Shown here: positions 1 through 13,329 of the stretch, piece after piece
Position numbering within the stretch: the stretch's first letter is position 1
Layout of the letters: every line of letters starts with the position of its first letter
DNA from: Chiloscyllium plagiosum
Lineage: Eukaryota
Direction of reading: 5' to 3'
DNA length: 64,000 bases
NCBI RefSeq assembly: GCF_004010195.1
Contig: NC_057734.1
Coordinates: forward strand, 21,357,261-21,421,260
Made by a program: the position numbers and the translations under genes
Notes under the pieces: generated by a model
Told to the model about the DNA's origin: nothing
The model's database searches: none
Seen by the model: only the letters and a program-made list of their open reading frames with translations

Positions 1-53
1 GGGGGGGGGGAATGGGGTAGGGGGGGGGGGTTACTGAAGTCCCCCTCACTCAC

Positions 54-653
54 CATGGCGTCCAGGTTCTTGAAGTCACAGAGCCTCCTCTGGGCTCGGG
101 GTTGACCGAGCTCCTGGTCAGGGGGCTCCTGAAGGGCATCCCGGATCTCCTGGTCGATCTCCTCCTCCATCTGGATGAGGACCGGGGCTAACATGCCGAA
201 CTTGGATCCGCGGCGGGCCACCTCGAGCAGGCACAGCACGAAGTTCTTCTCGTTCTTGCGGAGGACCAGGTCGTCGGTCTCGAACATGAGCGCGTCCCGG
301 ACCCGGAGCTCCCGGCGGCACCAGCCGATGAAGTTGGAGAGGTTGTCGCGGGCGATGAAGGAGCCGGGGCACACGTTCCTGGAGCTGAAGGTGACCTCGG
401 CCCGGGGGATGGTGACTGCAGCCTCGGGCCAGCGGCTCTCGAACTCCCGGGCAGCCTGGTTCACATTGTTGGCGTGTTGGCACAGCACACAGCCCGTCTC
501 CAGCACTTCCATGAACATGTCGACGTGGATATCCAGATCATACAGGGCGTTCAGCCACTCCGCCAAATCCTCCTTCATAGCGTACAGATACTCCTCACTG
601 GTCCTGAAAGGCCGGATACTTTTACTGGCTGCGGACTGAATGTGATCCGCCAT
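54..653 (-). CDS. GAS2L1: GAS2-like protein 1, first coding exon (calponin-homology domain); gene continues beyond window start
   Basis: Minus-strand translation [64 protein letters not shown]...[51 protein letters not shown]...KNLDAM. It is 600 nt and ends at a gtgagt donor (53-48). GAS2L1 rather than GAS2L2 by N-terminus and adjacency to EWSR1. Confidence 0.93.
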
Positions 654-879
654 CTCTTCCTCTGTCAGTCTGCAGTGGACTGTACTCTCCTCCTCCACAC
701 CCCTTTCCCTTAAACCCGCTCAGGTAGAGCTCTGCTCAGAATCCAGCTCCATCGCGCACACCCCTTTCTCCTCCCAATCCCTGTCTAACTCCCACTCTAA
801 CCTGGCCAGGCTAACTCTCTGAAACACAAAAACCTAACTCCTCCCTGTCTCATCAAATCTGCAGAGACGCCCAGTGGGT

Positions 880-1010
880 CCAATCTCTGTTTCCCTCCTC
901 CTCCTGCTCCTGCTCCTCCTCTGCCTTTCTCTCTCACACTCACACCCGCCCCTATAATTCCCGCTGGTGCTTATCTACTGGAATATACAGACTTCCGGCG
1001 GATTGAGCCC
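880..1010 (-). promoter_or_regulatory. Putative GAS2L1 promoter/5'UTR region
   Basis: GC box (ggggcggg on minus, ~945-952), ETS-type ccggaagt (~991-998) and a purine-rich leader upstream of the ATG. No transcript evidence. Confidence 0.35.
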
Positions 1011-1744
1011 TGCCTCTAATCCCGATGGAACCTGTTTCTGGTAGGTTGACTTCCCAAGAGGAGGTTAACTCTGTGCAAATGGGTCTCTCCTACCACCCCA
1101 CTGCACACCAGGTTTTATCACGTCTGTCTGGAAATGTATTGGAAGAGTTCACGACACTTGGTAAAATTAACTGAATCTAAGTCCGCATTTGGATTTTTTT
1201 TTTGGTTTAACGAGTGTTGGATAGACGTATGTATCTTGGCTCTGTATCCTGCTGTGATGTAATTCTCTGACCCTGTGTGGTGCCAGACTGATTTGCAAAA
1301 AGTCCCATTACCTCACTGGCTTGTCAGGAACAGTAACACGGCTGCAACACCAGCCAACATTTTTAATACGGATGTCTTTGCACTGTCACAAGATGTGATT
1401 CAAGGAACAGATACTTTACAAATGCGGTAGAAACACAGCAAACGTTTGGGAGCTGGAGTCGGGGAAACGTAGGGGTTGGTCAGCCAGTTTTGGAAATAAA
1501 AAAAGCTGGGTGGAGCCTTTCAAATGCAGATCGGTCAGCTGAGTATTTCCAGTAATTTTTTGTTTTACATCTTTAAAACTAGATAACTCTAGGGGGCCGG
1601 CGAATTAAGTTACCTAGTGCAAGTTCTTGTTTCTCTGCCGATATTGACAAAATTGTTCTGGTGTTAGGGCTTAAAAAACGAGCTCCCCCGCCCCATTGAA
1701 ATATATATAAAATCCAGAGTTGTTTTGACGAAGTGCAAGTTGTG

Positions 1745-2010
1745 CGAGGTCTAGAACCGAGGGATCACTTTAAAAATCAGGAGTTGTTCATTTAAAACAG
1801 GAGTGAGGCAAAATGTTTTTTTCTTTTAGAGGATCCCAAGTCTGTCAAACTCTTGCTGATAAAGGTGATGGTGGAAGAAACAGGTTTTAATATTTTTGAA
1901 GTAGATTCCTGTCAAGCAAGGGGGTGAACGATTATCAAGAATAGAACGAGATGTAGATTTGAGGTTACAATCGGATGAGCCATGATTTTTTTGAATGGTA
2001 GAGTAGGTCT
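1745..2010 (+). mobile_element. CR1-type LINE 3' fragment, decayed
   Basis: Resembles the CR1 ORF2 C-terminus (ctagaaccgagg...tttaaaacaggagtgagg...) and the gccatgat...gaatggtagagtagg tail seen in other copies here. Confidence 0.6.
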
Positions 2011-2019
2011 ACACCTTAT

Positions 2020-2220
2020 TGATTTATCCTAGCTAATCTTTAGCCTCCAATCAATATCACACACATTATCTGGTCTTAATCACATTTGTGTGTGGGAGCT
2101 CGCTGTATGCAAATTGGCTCACCTATACTCAATATTATATCAGTAACTGCACATAGTTGATTGTCTCAAACTCTCTGGTTTGGCTTGTGGTCACAGGCTA
2201 TATGAATTCAAATCTTCCTC
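2020..2220 (+). mobile_element. DeuSINE (SacSINE1-like) 3' fragment
   Basis: attatctggtc..atcacatt..tgtgggagctcgctgtatgcaaattggct...ggctatatgaattcaaatctt matches my recollection of the shark DeuSINE 3' half. Confidence 0.5.
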
Positions 2221-2394
2221 TAATTCCCAAGGGTATTTTGATATTGAGCCACAGGCTTCAGATGGACAAATAAGGCCCATATTCTGAAAGGAAGTATGAC
2301 TTCTGGAGAAGACTGCGGCAAAGCTTCAATGCATGGGATCAACTGTGGGCCCAAGAAATGCTGGCTCTGTGGAGGTGAAAGAACAATAGAAGGA

Positions 2395-2580
2395 GGAGAC
2401 TTAAAGTCACCATACTCCTCCTCTCTCATTCGACAGAGATGAGCAGTGGTCGTTTAACCTGGTGGTGTCCAGGAGTTGAGAAGGAGAGTCCTTCATAGTA
2501 ACGGCAGGGTGCAGGAAGTGAACTCCCATTGTTGGCGTCAGTATGCATCACAAATCCAGCCAAATGAACTAACCACCATC
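2395..2580 (-). mobile_element. tRNA-derived SINE, diverged
   Basis: Minus strand starts ggttagttcatttggctgg...gacgccaacaatgggagttcacttcc (A/B-box-like head). Confidence 0.45.
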
Positions 2581-3764
2581 CTCACTAAAGAAATTGCATG
2601 GAGTGCAACTTCGTCAAGTTATTAAAATATAAAGTAAACTACATGACTACAAAATGAATGACATTTTCAAGTCTATCTTGAATGCTTCTTCAGAATTTGC
2701 AATTTTGTTAAACTTCAAGTTAGTTTTTGTTTGGAAATGCAATTAGAGATTGATTCAATGTTTCACCAAGGATATCCAGTCACTGGTACATAACAAGCCT
2801 AATTTGATAATTTAATACATTGTTCCTTTTTGGTAAAGGGAGATAAATGGGGAATGGTTGAGAAATATAATTGGATGACATTTTTAAATTAGTTAATTCT
2901 GAAGCAGTCTGGACTGCAATTGCTAATGAAGTAATTGATCAAGTGAGCAGACCACTGGGGATTACAACAGAATAGAGCCCGTTTATGCTGAGTTAGCAAA
3001 ATGTCAGATGAGATGAAATAGATAGGTAGGAATGATGACTTGGACTGATCTTGTAGAATGCCTGACAAAGCTACTGCTGCAAAGAATCTCTTTCCGACAG
3101 AAGACAGCTGAGGGGGAGGATAGGGTCAGTTTGACAGTGTCTTACCATCTTTCACTTTAATTACAGGTCACAGCAACTGGTACAAACTGCTTAGAGTCTA
3201 ATTATAAGGTGTGTCTTGATGCATTGAGAATGACAAGCTACATTTTCCTCATCAGCTTCTTAAACAGTTGTATAGAACTGGGAAACTTGTTAGCAGGGCT
3301 TTGAGTCTAATCATCAGTCTGAGAGGGGACAGTGTATGTTAGGTGTACATTAGCAATCACAGTACTATGGACAAACCAATCAAGGCTTGGATAATACAAA
3401 ATGCTGTTAAGGCAAATTAGTGATTGTGGTTAAATCAATCCATTTGTCTTTGCGGAAAAGTGTTATCAGCAAACACTTGTGCCATCTAGTGTTGCTTTAC
3501 TGATCTGCAATTCTTCCATTTATTCCAATGTCTGCAGCATCACACATTGGTTGAAGTCTGGCACAAAAGTTCTCTGTACCCATTTCAGACATGTACCTCT
3601 CTCTCTCCCTCCCCTCCCCTCTTCTCTCCTCCCCCCAACCATCTTTCATTTTTACTTGAAAGTCGAAGTTTCTCTGCACTACCATTTCATCATTCGTAAA
3701 CTGTTGGCCACCCCTTTGAAAAAATAGTTTTACTGGCTTGAGCGTGAAATTCTCTTCACTAAGA

Positions 3765-3870
3765 GGAAGGGTTTGGAGGGATATGGGCCGGGTGCTGGTA
3801 GGTGGGACTAGATTGGTTTGGGATGTCTGGTCGGCATGGACGGGTTGGACCATCTCTCCGACTCTATAAA
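3765..3870 (+). mobile_element. CR1/HER1 LINE 3' tail
   Basis: aggaagggtttggagggatatgggcc...gggactagattgg...ggcatggacgggttggacc; the same tail occurs at ~7000 and ~47680. Confidence 0.75.
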
Positions 3871-4048
3871 TCGTTTATCTATTCAAAAAAAAATTAACAA
3901 GTAAATTTCCCCACTTCTACTAGGAATGTGCTAAGCATTGAACGTAGACGTCTATTATAGCAGTGCAAACTCAAGAAAGCCTTGTGTACTTTAATTCGTT
4001 TCGAAGTGACAACTTCGCCACCCTTGTTTCTTTTCACACATGGCTTTT

Positions 4049-4287
4049 AGATTCCCTACAGTGTGGAAATAGGCCCAAGTCCACACCAACCTAACACTAT
4101 GAGCAATTTAGAATGGCCAATTCACCTGACTTATACATCTTTGGACTGTGGAAGGAAACTGGTGCACCGGGAAGAAACCCACGCAGACACGGGGAGAATG
4201 TGCATACTCCACACAGTCGCCCAAGGGTGGCATTGAACCGGAGTCTCTGGCGCTGTGAGGCATCGGTGCTAACAAGTGAGCCACCGG
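4049..4287 (-). mobile_element. HE1-type (V-)SINE
   Basis: Reverse complement of the tRNA head, ctccccgtgtctgcgtgggtttc core and tttccacactgtagggaat tail shared with the 20409 and 33091 copies. Confidence 0.9.
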
Positions 4288-5799
4288 GTTCAAATAATGG
4301 AAACACCTGACCCCCATCCCGACACATTGTTTGTTACAATCAGCCCCTGGATGAGGTTCCCATTCTAGATGCGATATCCAACAGCATTAAGCTCTCAGCC
4401 ACAGATAAACTGTCACTCCTTTAGTCACTCGCCTCTTCAATTGGTTTTAACAAGGTGATAAATTCATTTCATTTGGGAGAAAGGTATGTTCTAAAAGGAG
4501 TCAATTTAACCAGGCTTTGAGTAAATAAATTCACTGTTTGGTTGACTAAGTGCAAGAATAAATAATAATGCAACAGAAACAGATTAAGAGTAAGTAGTGA
4601 AATCAAAGATTATTTTTCAAGCTATTCAGATCAGTCTCTGACTAATTCAAGAAGGGTAGTGGAACATTGTACCTGTTACACTGAATATTGCCGATAGCAT
4701 TGACATTGGTTAAAATACTTTTGACCTGGTTCCTTTTGGTGGTTATGGGCTGGTAGCACTCTGCATGAGAGAATTGTTTTTGTAAAAAACCTATAGTACA
4801 GACGTTTAATGGACATATTCTTCACGCAGTTTTCCACCTAATTTGCAGTGTGATGCTGAAACTAAGGCTGAACACGCCCCTTCACATTTAAATTGACCCA
4901 ATGCTGACTATCAGGGAAGCCTAAAAATATTGAGAATCAATCTTTCAGTTGTCATGCAGATTAGATGCAAGATATTGCATCCAAAATTGGTTTACTTGGA
5001 AACCAGAGTGCACACTGAAATTGAACAAATGTATAACCCAGTGAGTTTAAATAACTCTAAATGCAGCCCACACGAACTACTGGGATGTTGGATATGGTCC
5101 ATCATGCAAATGGAGTTTGATTCCTTAATCTAGCAAGTATGGTTGACACTTGAACCAACTATTAAAATTGAAAAGAGCAGACCTTCCAATTATGATTCAC
5201 AAGATTGGAATTTAAAGACAAAGATATATTTTGCCAAACCTATTGTACATGTATTAACACAGAACTCCTTGTCAATTTAACATATCACAACGTTACCACC
5301 AGCCCACAGTTGCTGAAAAATAAAAATACCGAATTGAGGAGGTGGAAGCTTGGCAAAATTAAACTAGGGGAATCGGTAGCAAATAGGAACCCAGTCAGCG
5401 ACATCATCAATCCCATGAAGGGAAGAAATAAAATCCTCCATTAGCTCTCTGGTTTCTCCAGAGATCGTTCAGCTTACATGCCACATTGTGTTAATATTTT
5501 ACTCCTTCCCCAAAGCCTTCAGTTCTAAACTGGTTGTTGCAAAATTCTGCAGATGATGGAAATTTGAATTAGAATGCACCACAGGCCTTCAAATCTTTAA
5601 CTTTGCCAAACACATTCTTCTCTTTTGACCTGAACAGCAAGCACTTACCTTGTCCATTGTCTTCAAAATTTTCGGCAAACAGGCCCCAGTGTTTCCAATT
5701 CAGGCACACGTTTAAGTTTTTGAAAGCTTGTATTAATTTACTTCAGAATTTTGTGAAGTATGCTTTCAAGCCTCTAGACACGGCATAAGACATCCTTTA

Positions 5800-7110
5800 A
5801 ATTGCAGCTCAGTGGTTAGAATATTTGGCATTAGTGAATATGAGAAGAATATGGAATCTAGAGAACTTAGGGAAATAGTGATACTTTTGAAAAAAAGTGT
5901 TCATATTACAGTGGTGGCAGTGCCGGACATAAAACAAAGTGGTTAAATCACCAGGATGTATCAGAGAACATTGTGGAAAGTGATTGCTGGCCACTTGGTG
6001 TCATTTGTCACATGGATAGCCATAGGTGAGGTGCCAGAAGACTGGAGCCATGGTTGAGGAAAGGTGGTAAGTAAAAGCCAGTTAACTATAGACCAGTCTG
6101 CCTAACCAGTGGCTGCAAATTGGAAGAGATTGAGAGACTGGATGCTTTTTGAACTGGAGGCCAGTGACCAGTGCACTGCTTTTTGTCATCTACATAACTG
6201 ATTTGGATGTAAATATTGGAGGTATGGTTAGTAAATTTGCAGATGGCACCAAAATTAGTAGTGTAGTGTAGTGTACCCCAGAGTACAATAATATCTTGAT
6301 CAGATAGGCCAAGGAATTCAATGTTTTATCTAGATAAATGTAAGGTACTGTTTCGATAGGACAAATTGGGATAGGAGCGATACAAAGGTACGTTCCAGGC
6401 TTTTGGATGGGGGTGGGGCACCTTAAGAGGCCAGGTTCATAGTTCCTCGAAAATAGTGTCACAGGTGGCAGGGTAGTGAAGGCAGCATTTGGTACACTTG
6501 CCTTTATTGGTCAGCGCATTGAGTATATGAGTTGGGAAATCATTTGTTAGCTATACAGTTCATTGATTAAACCAATATTGCAATGCTGCATTCAATTCTG
6601 GTCCTCTTGCTAATAGGAAGGATATTGTTAAACTTGAAGGGTTCAGAAGAGATTTACAAAGGATGTTGCCAGGGTTGAAGGGTTTGAACTATAGAAAAAG
6701 GCCAAATAGGCTGGGGCTATTTCCCTGGAGAGCCAGAAGTTTAGGGGTGACCTTCTAGAGGCTTAAAAAAAAGCACGAAGGGCATGAATAGTCAAGATCT
6801 TTCTCTCCAGGGGAGGAGGAGAGTCCAAAACTAGAGGGCATGAGATTAAGGTGAGGGGAAAGATTAAAAAAAAAGGGTCCCAAGGGGCAATTGTTTCATA
6901 CAGAGGGTGTTGCATGTATGGAATAAACTGTCAAGAGGAACTGATTGAGACTGGTACAATTACAACATTTCAAACAAAAAAAGCACCTGCATGGGTATGA
7001 CTAGGAAGGTTTGGAGGAATCTGGGTCAAAATCTACCAAATGGGATTAGATCATGATATCTGGACAGCATGGATGAGTTGGACCAAAGGATCTCTTTCTG
7101 TACATCTGAG
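5800..7110 (+). mobile_element. CR1/HER1 LINE ORF2 (RT) remnant with internal deletions
   Basis: Motifs gtgccagaagactggag, aactatagaccagt (NYRP), aaatttgcagatggcaccaaa (KFADDTK-like), gggttcagaagagatttaca and the 3' tail; frameshifted. Confidence 0.88.
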
Positions 7111-8589
7111 GCAGTGGTACAAAATGATACAAGGGCTTGCTTAAAGTTTTAAGAGGCTACTTTAGAAAAATTGAACAGAAATTGAACAAATCCATTGGAG
7201 TAAATTGGTAATATAAAATTAGGACAGCAGAATATAGTGCATCACCAGAATTATATGCAACCCAGCAGGTTAATGTATTGCTCTCAAAAGACAAAAAAAC
7301 CCAGCTAAGGCAGTATTGATTACAAAAGACCTTAAAAACCAAATCAAGTGGCAATAGCTGCTTCAGGAAATAAACTCTGGTTTTCACAGGACTTTCATAA
7401 TCATAATTCAATCTTGGATTTTTCGATGAAAATAAATCTTTCAATAATAGAAATCTTAATGTTGTGACGAAAGCTATAGAAAAATAAATTAGATGTAAAT
7501 ATAGCCATGTTAGACACCATTAACAAAACAGTTCAAATGCTGGACTAGCTTCGAAACAAAATCCTAACCCTCAGAAATATGTAAGCATTTAGCACACCAT
7601 CTTCCCGCCCCACCCCCACAACACTTATTCCACAAGTTACAAAATTGTTTTGCTAAGAGATGGTGTACCAGACACTGGAGATCAGTTCATATTACATTAT
7701 ATTGTCACTTTGGATGAGCATTTGGTTAATAATTTGAGCCCAAGGCATTAAGGATAGAATATCATACCTTATTACAGTTTGTCTGAAGACTAATAACTAG
7801 ATAATTAATATTGGCAATTAATCAGGAATTCAACAGTGGTGTCAAGATTCCAACTTGACTAATGTTGCATATGCTTGATAGTAGCATTACAATCCAACTT
7901 CTGAAATGTAATCTAAATTCAATCTACAAAGTTACAGGTTGGCTACTGTCACATTTTTGGTAGAGGCTTGTATAAATAAAAACTTGAAGCTGGCATTTAG
8001 ATTTCTTGATCAGCCTAGCTTCTGAAAGTCAGTGAACAGGATTAGTGTGTAGCTGGCAAAACAGCTCTTCTGTGGCAAGTTTGTACCCCTACCTCTATCA
8101 TTTTAACCAACTTGAGCTTCAAAGGAAATTGCTGACACCAAAAACATCAGTAACTTTCAAACAGGAATAATCTGAAAACTGAAGTTTGAGGCTTAGATTT
8201 GCATGGACAATGGAAATGAATGGAAAAGAACCAACTTGTACACCAATAAAAAATGGCATGAGAAATAAAGCACTATTGGCTGAGAAGATAGTGCTGGTGA
8301 CCACAAAAGGTACACTGCTCACTTCTTGTGAGGAACCATAAATGATTGAAAACCATTTTGCTCAAAGTCCAAAGGAATCATTACGTTTAGGCAGTCAGAG
8401 ATTGGGGAAGATGATGAGGCAATAGAAACTGAAATGAAGCCAAGTCATGCTAAGTTGTCAATGCAGCATCAACATTTGGTTTAGAAAGTATCACAATTTT
8501 CAGGAAGTATGATTGTGCACCATCATTCCTTAAAATGCAGACACTAATTTTGCACAATGTTAGAGCTCACCTCACTAAATGGAGAGAGG

Positions 8590-10167
8590 TTGAACTTATT
8601 TATTACTCAAAACAATACAAGGCCAGGGCTGAATCCACAAACAAGTACACATTACTGAACTAATCACACCTCAGCCAATAAAGAAAAACTTTATTAATCA
8701 AGTTTAATCACTTAGAAAAATAACAGCAATACAGAACTCTAATGGTGAGTGAGTGTAGGGGATTTTGGAAATGGATCCAGACAGTCAACTTTATATACTG
8801 TGTGCCTAGACTATGCGTGGCAAGCATTATTCACAACCATAATGCACATCACCTTTATTATACAACATTCTGCAAATGTAACCGTAAATTTCATAGGCTA
8901 TTAAGCAATATTCAACAAATTGTTGAAAAAGGAGAATTTAAACAGTACACCTATGAAGTTCAATCTTAAAAATAATGTTCCAATAGGCTGTTTACCATAA
9001 CAAATTATTTTCAGATATTATTTTAAAGAGTATCCGCTACGGCAAGCAGTTTCAAATAGTGACTTGTAACCAATGGTTGATGTGCACCGTTTCTGACGAG
9101 TGAATCCATAGTTAATTCTGCAACAGTAATCAAGTACTGGAATGTCAAATATTTATTGAAATGACAGGTTACCAGTCCATATCTCACTACTGAGAAGTTA
9201 ATATTTCAGATAAAGAAACTAAAAATTGATATCGTTAGATTTAAAAGATAGAGCACAATTTGTAATGTGTCAGAATATGCCCACATCAATACTCGGGTCA
9301 AAGTAAACCTAAATGCTCAACACCATTACTAGTTTTCACAGGTCAAGTGTACAGAATACCTGGGATCAGAAGACTGATCTCTGAAAAGCAGCATTGGGTG
9401 ACAAATTTACATGGCTACAATGTTATGTTAATCACTGAAAAACTAGTGATTGAATATGCTTAAGTGACCTACAGATCTGGGTATTTCACAACTGAAATCA
9501 TGAATGCTTTCACATCATGCATTAAAAATCAACCCTAAGCATTTCATTTAGCCTGCTAAGTTTTTCAAATATACAAAGTTGCTAATTGAGGTGGTCAGGG
9601 ATATTTAGAATTATCCAGTGTACTTTTGGATTTTCTATAGTAATAACTGCACATTAAATTTGTAAAGAGACTCACGCAACAATTTTTTTTTTTTTAATAG
9701 CTGTTGAACTTTTTAATTAAGCCGCAGAAGCTCAGTTCAGTGTTATTTCAAAAAAAAACCTTTGCAATTTGTGGACTTACTTCCATCTCTATGGAACACT
9801 ATTTCAAGTTACTTGGAGCAGAACTTCAGGAAGCCACACTAAACAGAGCGACTCAGCTTTTTATTGCAGTATCACCATAGTATAAACAGAACAAAAAGCT
9901 ATGCACTGTACATTTTTGTTTTGCATGCTCTTCAGGATCTCGTTCACATCATTACATTCACCTTGACAAAAGTAAAAATTAAGCGAAAAGTCACCCTAAC
10001 ATGAAATTTACTTCCTGACTTGGCTATATCCACTGAAAAACTAATACAATACCGAAATATTGCCGTAATGTTGTTGCAAACAACATTATAAATACGGAAT
10101 TACAAATTTAAAACATTTTTAAAAAATATTTGTTGTAGTAAACAGAAAACCAGATGGATCATCTACT
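8590..10167 (-). other. EWSR1: EWSR1 3'UTR with candidate poly(A) signals
   Basis: AT-rich region without recognisable repeats after the stop codon; AATAAA on minus at 9860-9865, ~9152-9157 and 8690-8695. The 3' end is not determinable. Confidence 0.5.
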
Positions 10168-10207
10168 TCAATATGGTCTCTCCCGACGGTCCTGGCGACG
10201 GTCACCC
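10168..10207 (-). CDS. EWSR1: EWSR1 exon 17 (last coding exon; PY-NLS)
   Basis: ttttag|G GGT GAC CGT CGC CAG GAC CGT CGG GAG AGA CCA TAT TGA = (K)GDRRQDRRERPY*. Confidence 0.95.
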
Positions 10208-10407
10208 CTAAAAAGAAAGGACGACATTAACATTTCACTTCAAAAAAAAAGGTTAAGCCACTAGCATTTACAGCAGTTCCTCACTGCTGCTTAATAAGTT
10301 AGCTTCCAATCACATTAAGTGCACAGCTTTCACTTCCATTTTGAACACATTCTTTTCACAAAATGATTTCCGCATAAACATAATTTCAAAAGGGCTGGTC
10401 AACTTAC

Positions 10408-10627
10408 TTTCTATCCATTTTTCCTGGTCCACCTCTGCCACCTCTGAAACCCATTAGCTCTCCCATTGGAGGACCACCAAGCATGCCTCTTCCGCCTCTA
10501 AAGCCACCTCTGTCACCACCACGCCCACCTCGGAAACCACCTCTGTCACCACCACGTCCACCACGGAAACCACCACGATCCATAAGGCGGCCACCTCTCA
10601 TCATAGGGCCACCCCTCCCACGGTCAC
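10408..10627 (-). CDS. EWSR1: EWSR1 exon 16 (RGG3)
   Basis: tag|..GDRGRGGPMMRGGRLMDRGGFRGGRGGDRGGFRGG...GPGKMDR(K)|gtaagt; 220 nt, phases 1/2 consistent. Confidence 0.95.
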
Positions 10628-10902
10628 CTATGAAACACAAACCAGAGAGGAAAAGTCCTTCATGAAAAGATCCCCAAAACATGTTGCATACAAGCTTCAG
10701 GTCAGGGCAAAAAAAAGGGAAAGAAAACACTGATCCTTAAACACCAAAAATGAAATTGCTAGTACCAATCTCATGATTTTAGGGATTTTTTGAAATTGAC
10801 AAATAAATATTGAGATTGACAAGTCCCCCACGGACAGATGCTAGTTAATACTCAACATGAGTCTAAGAGACAAAACATACCACCATAGTTAAAATTACTC
10901 AC

Positions 10903-10997
10903 CAGAAGGAAATGGTGGTGGGAGGGGACCGTCTGGTTTTGGGGCCTTACACTGGTTACACTCAGTCCTCCAGGCAAAGTTGGAATTCCCACATGTC
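10903..10997 (-). CDS. EWSR1: EWSR1 exon 15 (RanBP2 zinc finger, second half)
   Basis: [31 protein letters not shown], flanked by tag and gtgagt. Confidence 0.96.
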
Positions 10998-11083
10998 CTA
11001 TAACACAAGAAATCTCAATTACATCTGGCAGTTTGTATGGCAAACTTTAGTATTTGAAAATCCTCAAACCAAGTCAAACATAC

Positions 11084-11198
11084 GGATTAGGGCAACGCCA
11101 GTCACCAGCTCTTTGCTGCGTATTTCCTCCAGAAGGTCCACCACGACCACGTGGACCACCTCGTCCACCAAATCCTCCCCCGCCACGTCCCATGGGTC
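11084..11198 (-). CDS. EWSR1: EWSR1 exon 14 (RGG2 and zinc-finger start)
   Basis: GPMGRGGGGFGGRGGPRGRGGPSGGNTQQRAGDWRCPNP, flanked by cag and gtatgt. Confidence 0.95.
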
Positions 11199-11554
11199 CT
11201 GGAATTAAAGGTGGACAAAAGACTCAGCCAGTTGGCAATATTGACAGCCATACAAGTTTAAATTCAGGGTATATTGACAGCAGGGGAACTTGCTGCTCTA
11301 AAAAGAGCTATGACATTAAAATTTCATTCCATGCAAATTACACAAGGCATAGTGAAATATACAAAGCTCCAAAAGTAACTGTTGTTAGGCCGGCACGTTT
11401 GAGATTAAGTTTTTTTCTTCAAATTCTTTGGACCATCATTCTATTCCCCAAGAGATAAAAAGGGCACAATTTCAAATCAAGAGGAAATTAAAGTGGTGTA
11501 TAGTTTCATAATAACGAATATTTTCTTTTTATTGCACTGCCAAATTGAATGGAG

Positions 11555-11755
11555 TAGACAAGGAGGCTCGAAGACGACTGCAAGCCAGACAGCATTAGGT
11601 GGTAGAGAAGTCAACGTTTTGGGTATAAGCCTTCTTCCTGAAGGGTTTACTCAAAACGTTGACTTCTCCATCTCATGATGCTGCCTGGCTTGCTGTCTTT
11701 TTCCAGCCTTCTGCTTGTCAATTTTGGATTTCAGCATCTGCAGTTTTTTGTCTGT
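11555..11755. mobile_element. Foldback (inverted) Penelope-derived repeat
   Basis: Arms gagaagtcaacgttttg / caaaacgttgacttctc and caagccagacagcat / atgctgcctggcttg are reverse complements; cagcatctgcagtt tail as at 34950 and 54590. Confidence 0.7.
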
Positions 11756-12599
11756 ACTAAACCAATTGAAGCAGTGGAGCTGAAAAACATGACCTGGTAG
11801 CTCTAAGTGCTTTCAAGTGGTTATAACCCAAAAGAATTCAATATTTCCAAGGACAATACAGAAAGTAGAATAGGACAAGACAGTGGTCTAAAAGTTGACA
11901 ACATGCAGGAGTAAGTCTAGAGGTACCTATACAATGTAAATTAAATTAACAAAATTGATAAGTAACTCAATTTATCAAATACAATATTTGATTGCATGAA
12001 GTTAGTGTAAAGCAGATCCAGGAAGAGGGATAACAATGAAAATTTAAAACTATACTGTTAAGATCAGAGTTTACACAGCACTACACATGGATTTGCTTTA
12101 AAACATCAACTAGTGTGGATTAGGCTAAAAAAGGTCAAATTATGGTTAAAAAGACTATGCAGTTCATCTTGATTTGATGATCCAATTCACTGGAACATCT
12201 CTCAAAAATGATCAAATGAGGAAATGGAATCTCAGTCAACAGTTAATGCTCTAACAAATTGAATTTAGGGCACTGCGTTCAGCACAAAGAACCCAAACAC
12301 CTTTTGCCTAGATGTGAGTGGCAAACCCCATTTACAGAGCTTGCTCACACATGCAGATTGCTCTAGCAGTGTTGAAGGATAGCCTGCATTCAGAACATTG
12401 ATCTGTGGTAGGTAAGGAGCAGATAGAGTACTCAGAAGGCAGGTTTATTTGTTCATTTAACAGAGGTAGAGTAGGGCATCCAAAACCTCTAGGATGCACT
12501 GGATGCTGCAGAATGTTGATGGGAAGGACAGACTGTGGACCAACAGTACCAACGATATAGTAAAAGCAGGAGGTCCTGGTAGCAGATTTTAGGGAGGGG

Positions 12600-13315
12600 N
12601 NNNNNNNNNNNNNNNNNNNNNNNNNNNNNNNNNNNNNNNNNNNNNNNNNNNNNNNNNNNNNNNNNNNNNNNNNNNNNNNNNNNNNNNNNNNNNNNNNNNN
12701 NNNNNNNNNNNNNNNNNNNNNNNNNNNNNNNNNNNNNNNNNNNNNNNNNNNNNNNNNNNNNNNNNNNNNNNNNNNNNNNNNNNNNNNNNNNNNNNNNNNN
12801 NNNNNNNNNNNNNNNNNNNNNNNNNNNNNNNNNNNNNNNNNNNNNNNNNNNNNNNNNNNNNNNNNNNNNNNNNNNNNNNNNNNNNNNNNNNNNNNNNNNN
12901 NNNNNNNNNNNNNNNNNNNNNNNNNNNNNNNNNNNNNNNNNNNNNNNNNNNNNNNNNNNNNNNNNNNNNNNNNNNNNNNNNNNNNNNNNNNNNNNNNNNN
13001 NNNNNNNNNNNNNNNNNNNNNNNNNNNNNNNNNNNNNNNNNNNNNNNNNNNNNNNNNNNNNNNNNNNNNNNNNNNNNNNNNNNNNNNNNNNNNNNNNNNN
13101 NNNNNNNNNNNNNNNNNNNNNNNNNNNNNNNNNNNNNNNNNNNNNNNNNNNNNNNNNNNNNNNNNNNNNNNNNNNNNNNNNNNNNNNNNNNNNNNNNNNN
13201 NNNNNNNNNNNNNNNNNNNNNNNNNNNNNNNNNNNNNNNNNNNNNNNNNNNNNNNNNNNNNNNNNNNNNNNNNNNNNNNNNNNNNNNNNNNNNNNNNNNN
13301 NNNNNNNNNNNNNNN
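12600..13315. other. Assembly gap (N run) in EWSR1 intron 13
   Basis: Run of N. Confidence 1.
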
Positions 13316-13329
13316 ACAGTTGTAATTCT

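Noticed and set aside
1-30. Poly-G runs (possible G-quadruplex) in the GAS2L1 intron
   Set aside because: Truncated at the window edge and homopolymer lengths are unreliable.
118-713. ORFs 118-483(-), 175-639(+) and 474-713(+)
   Set aside because: Alternative-frame or antisense shadows of the GC-rich GAS2L1 exon.
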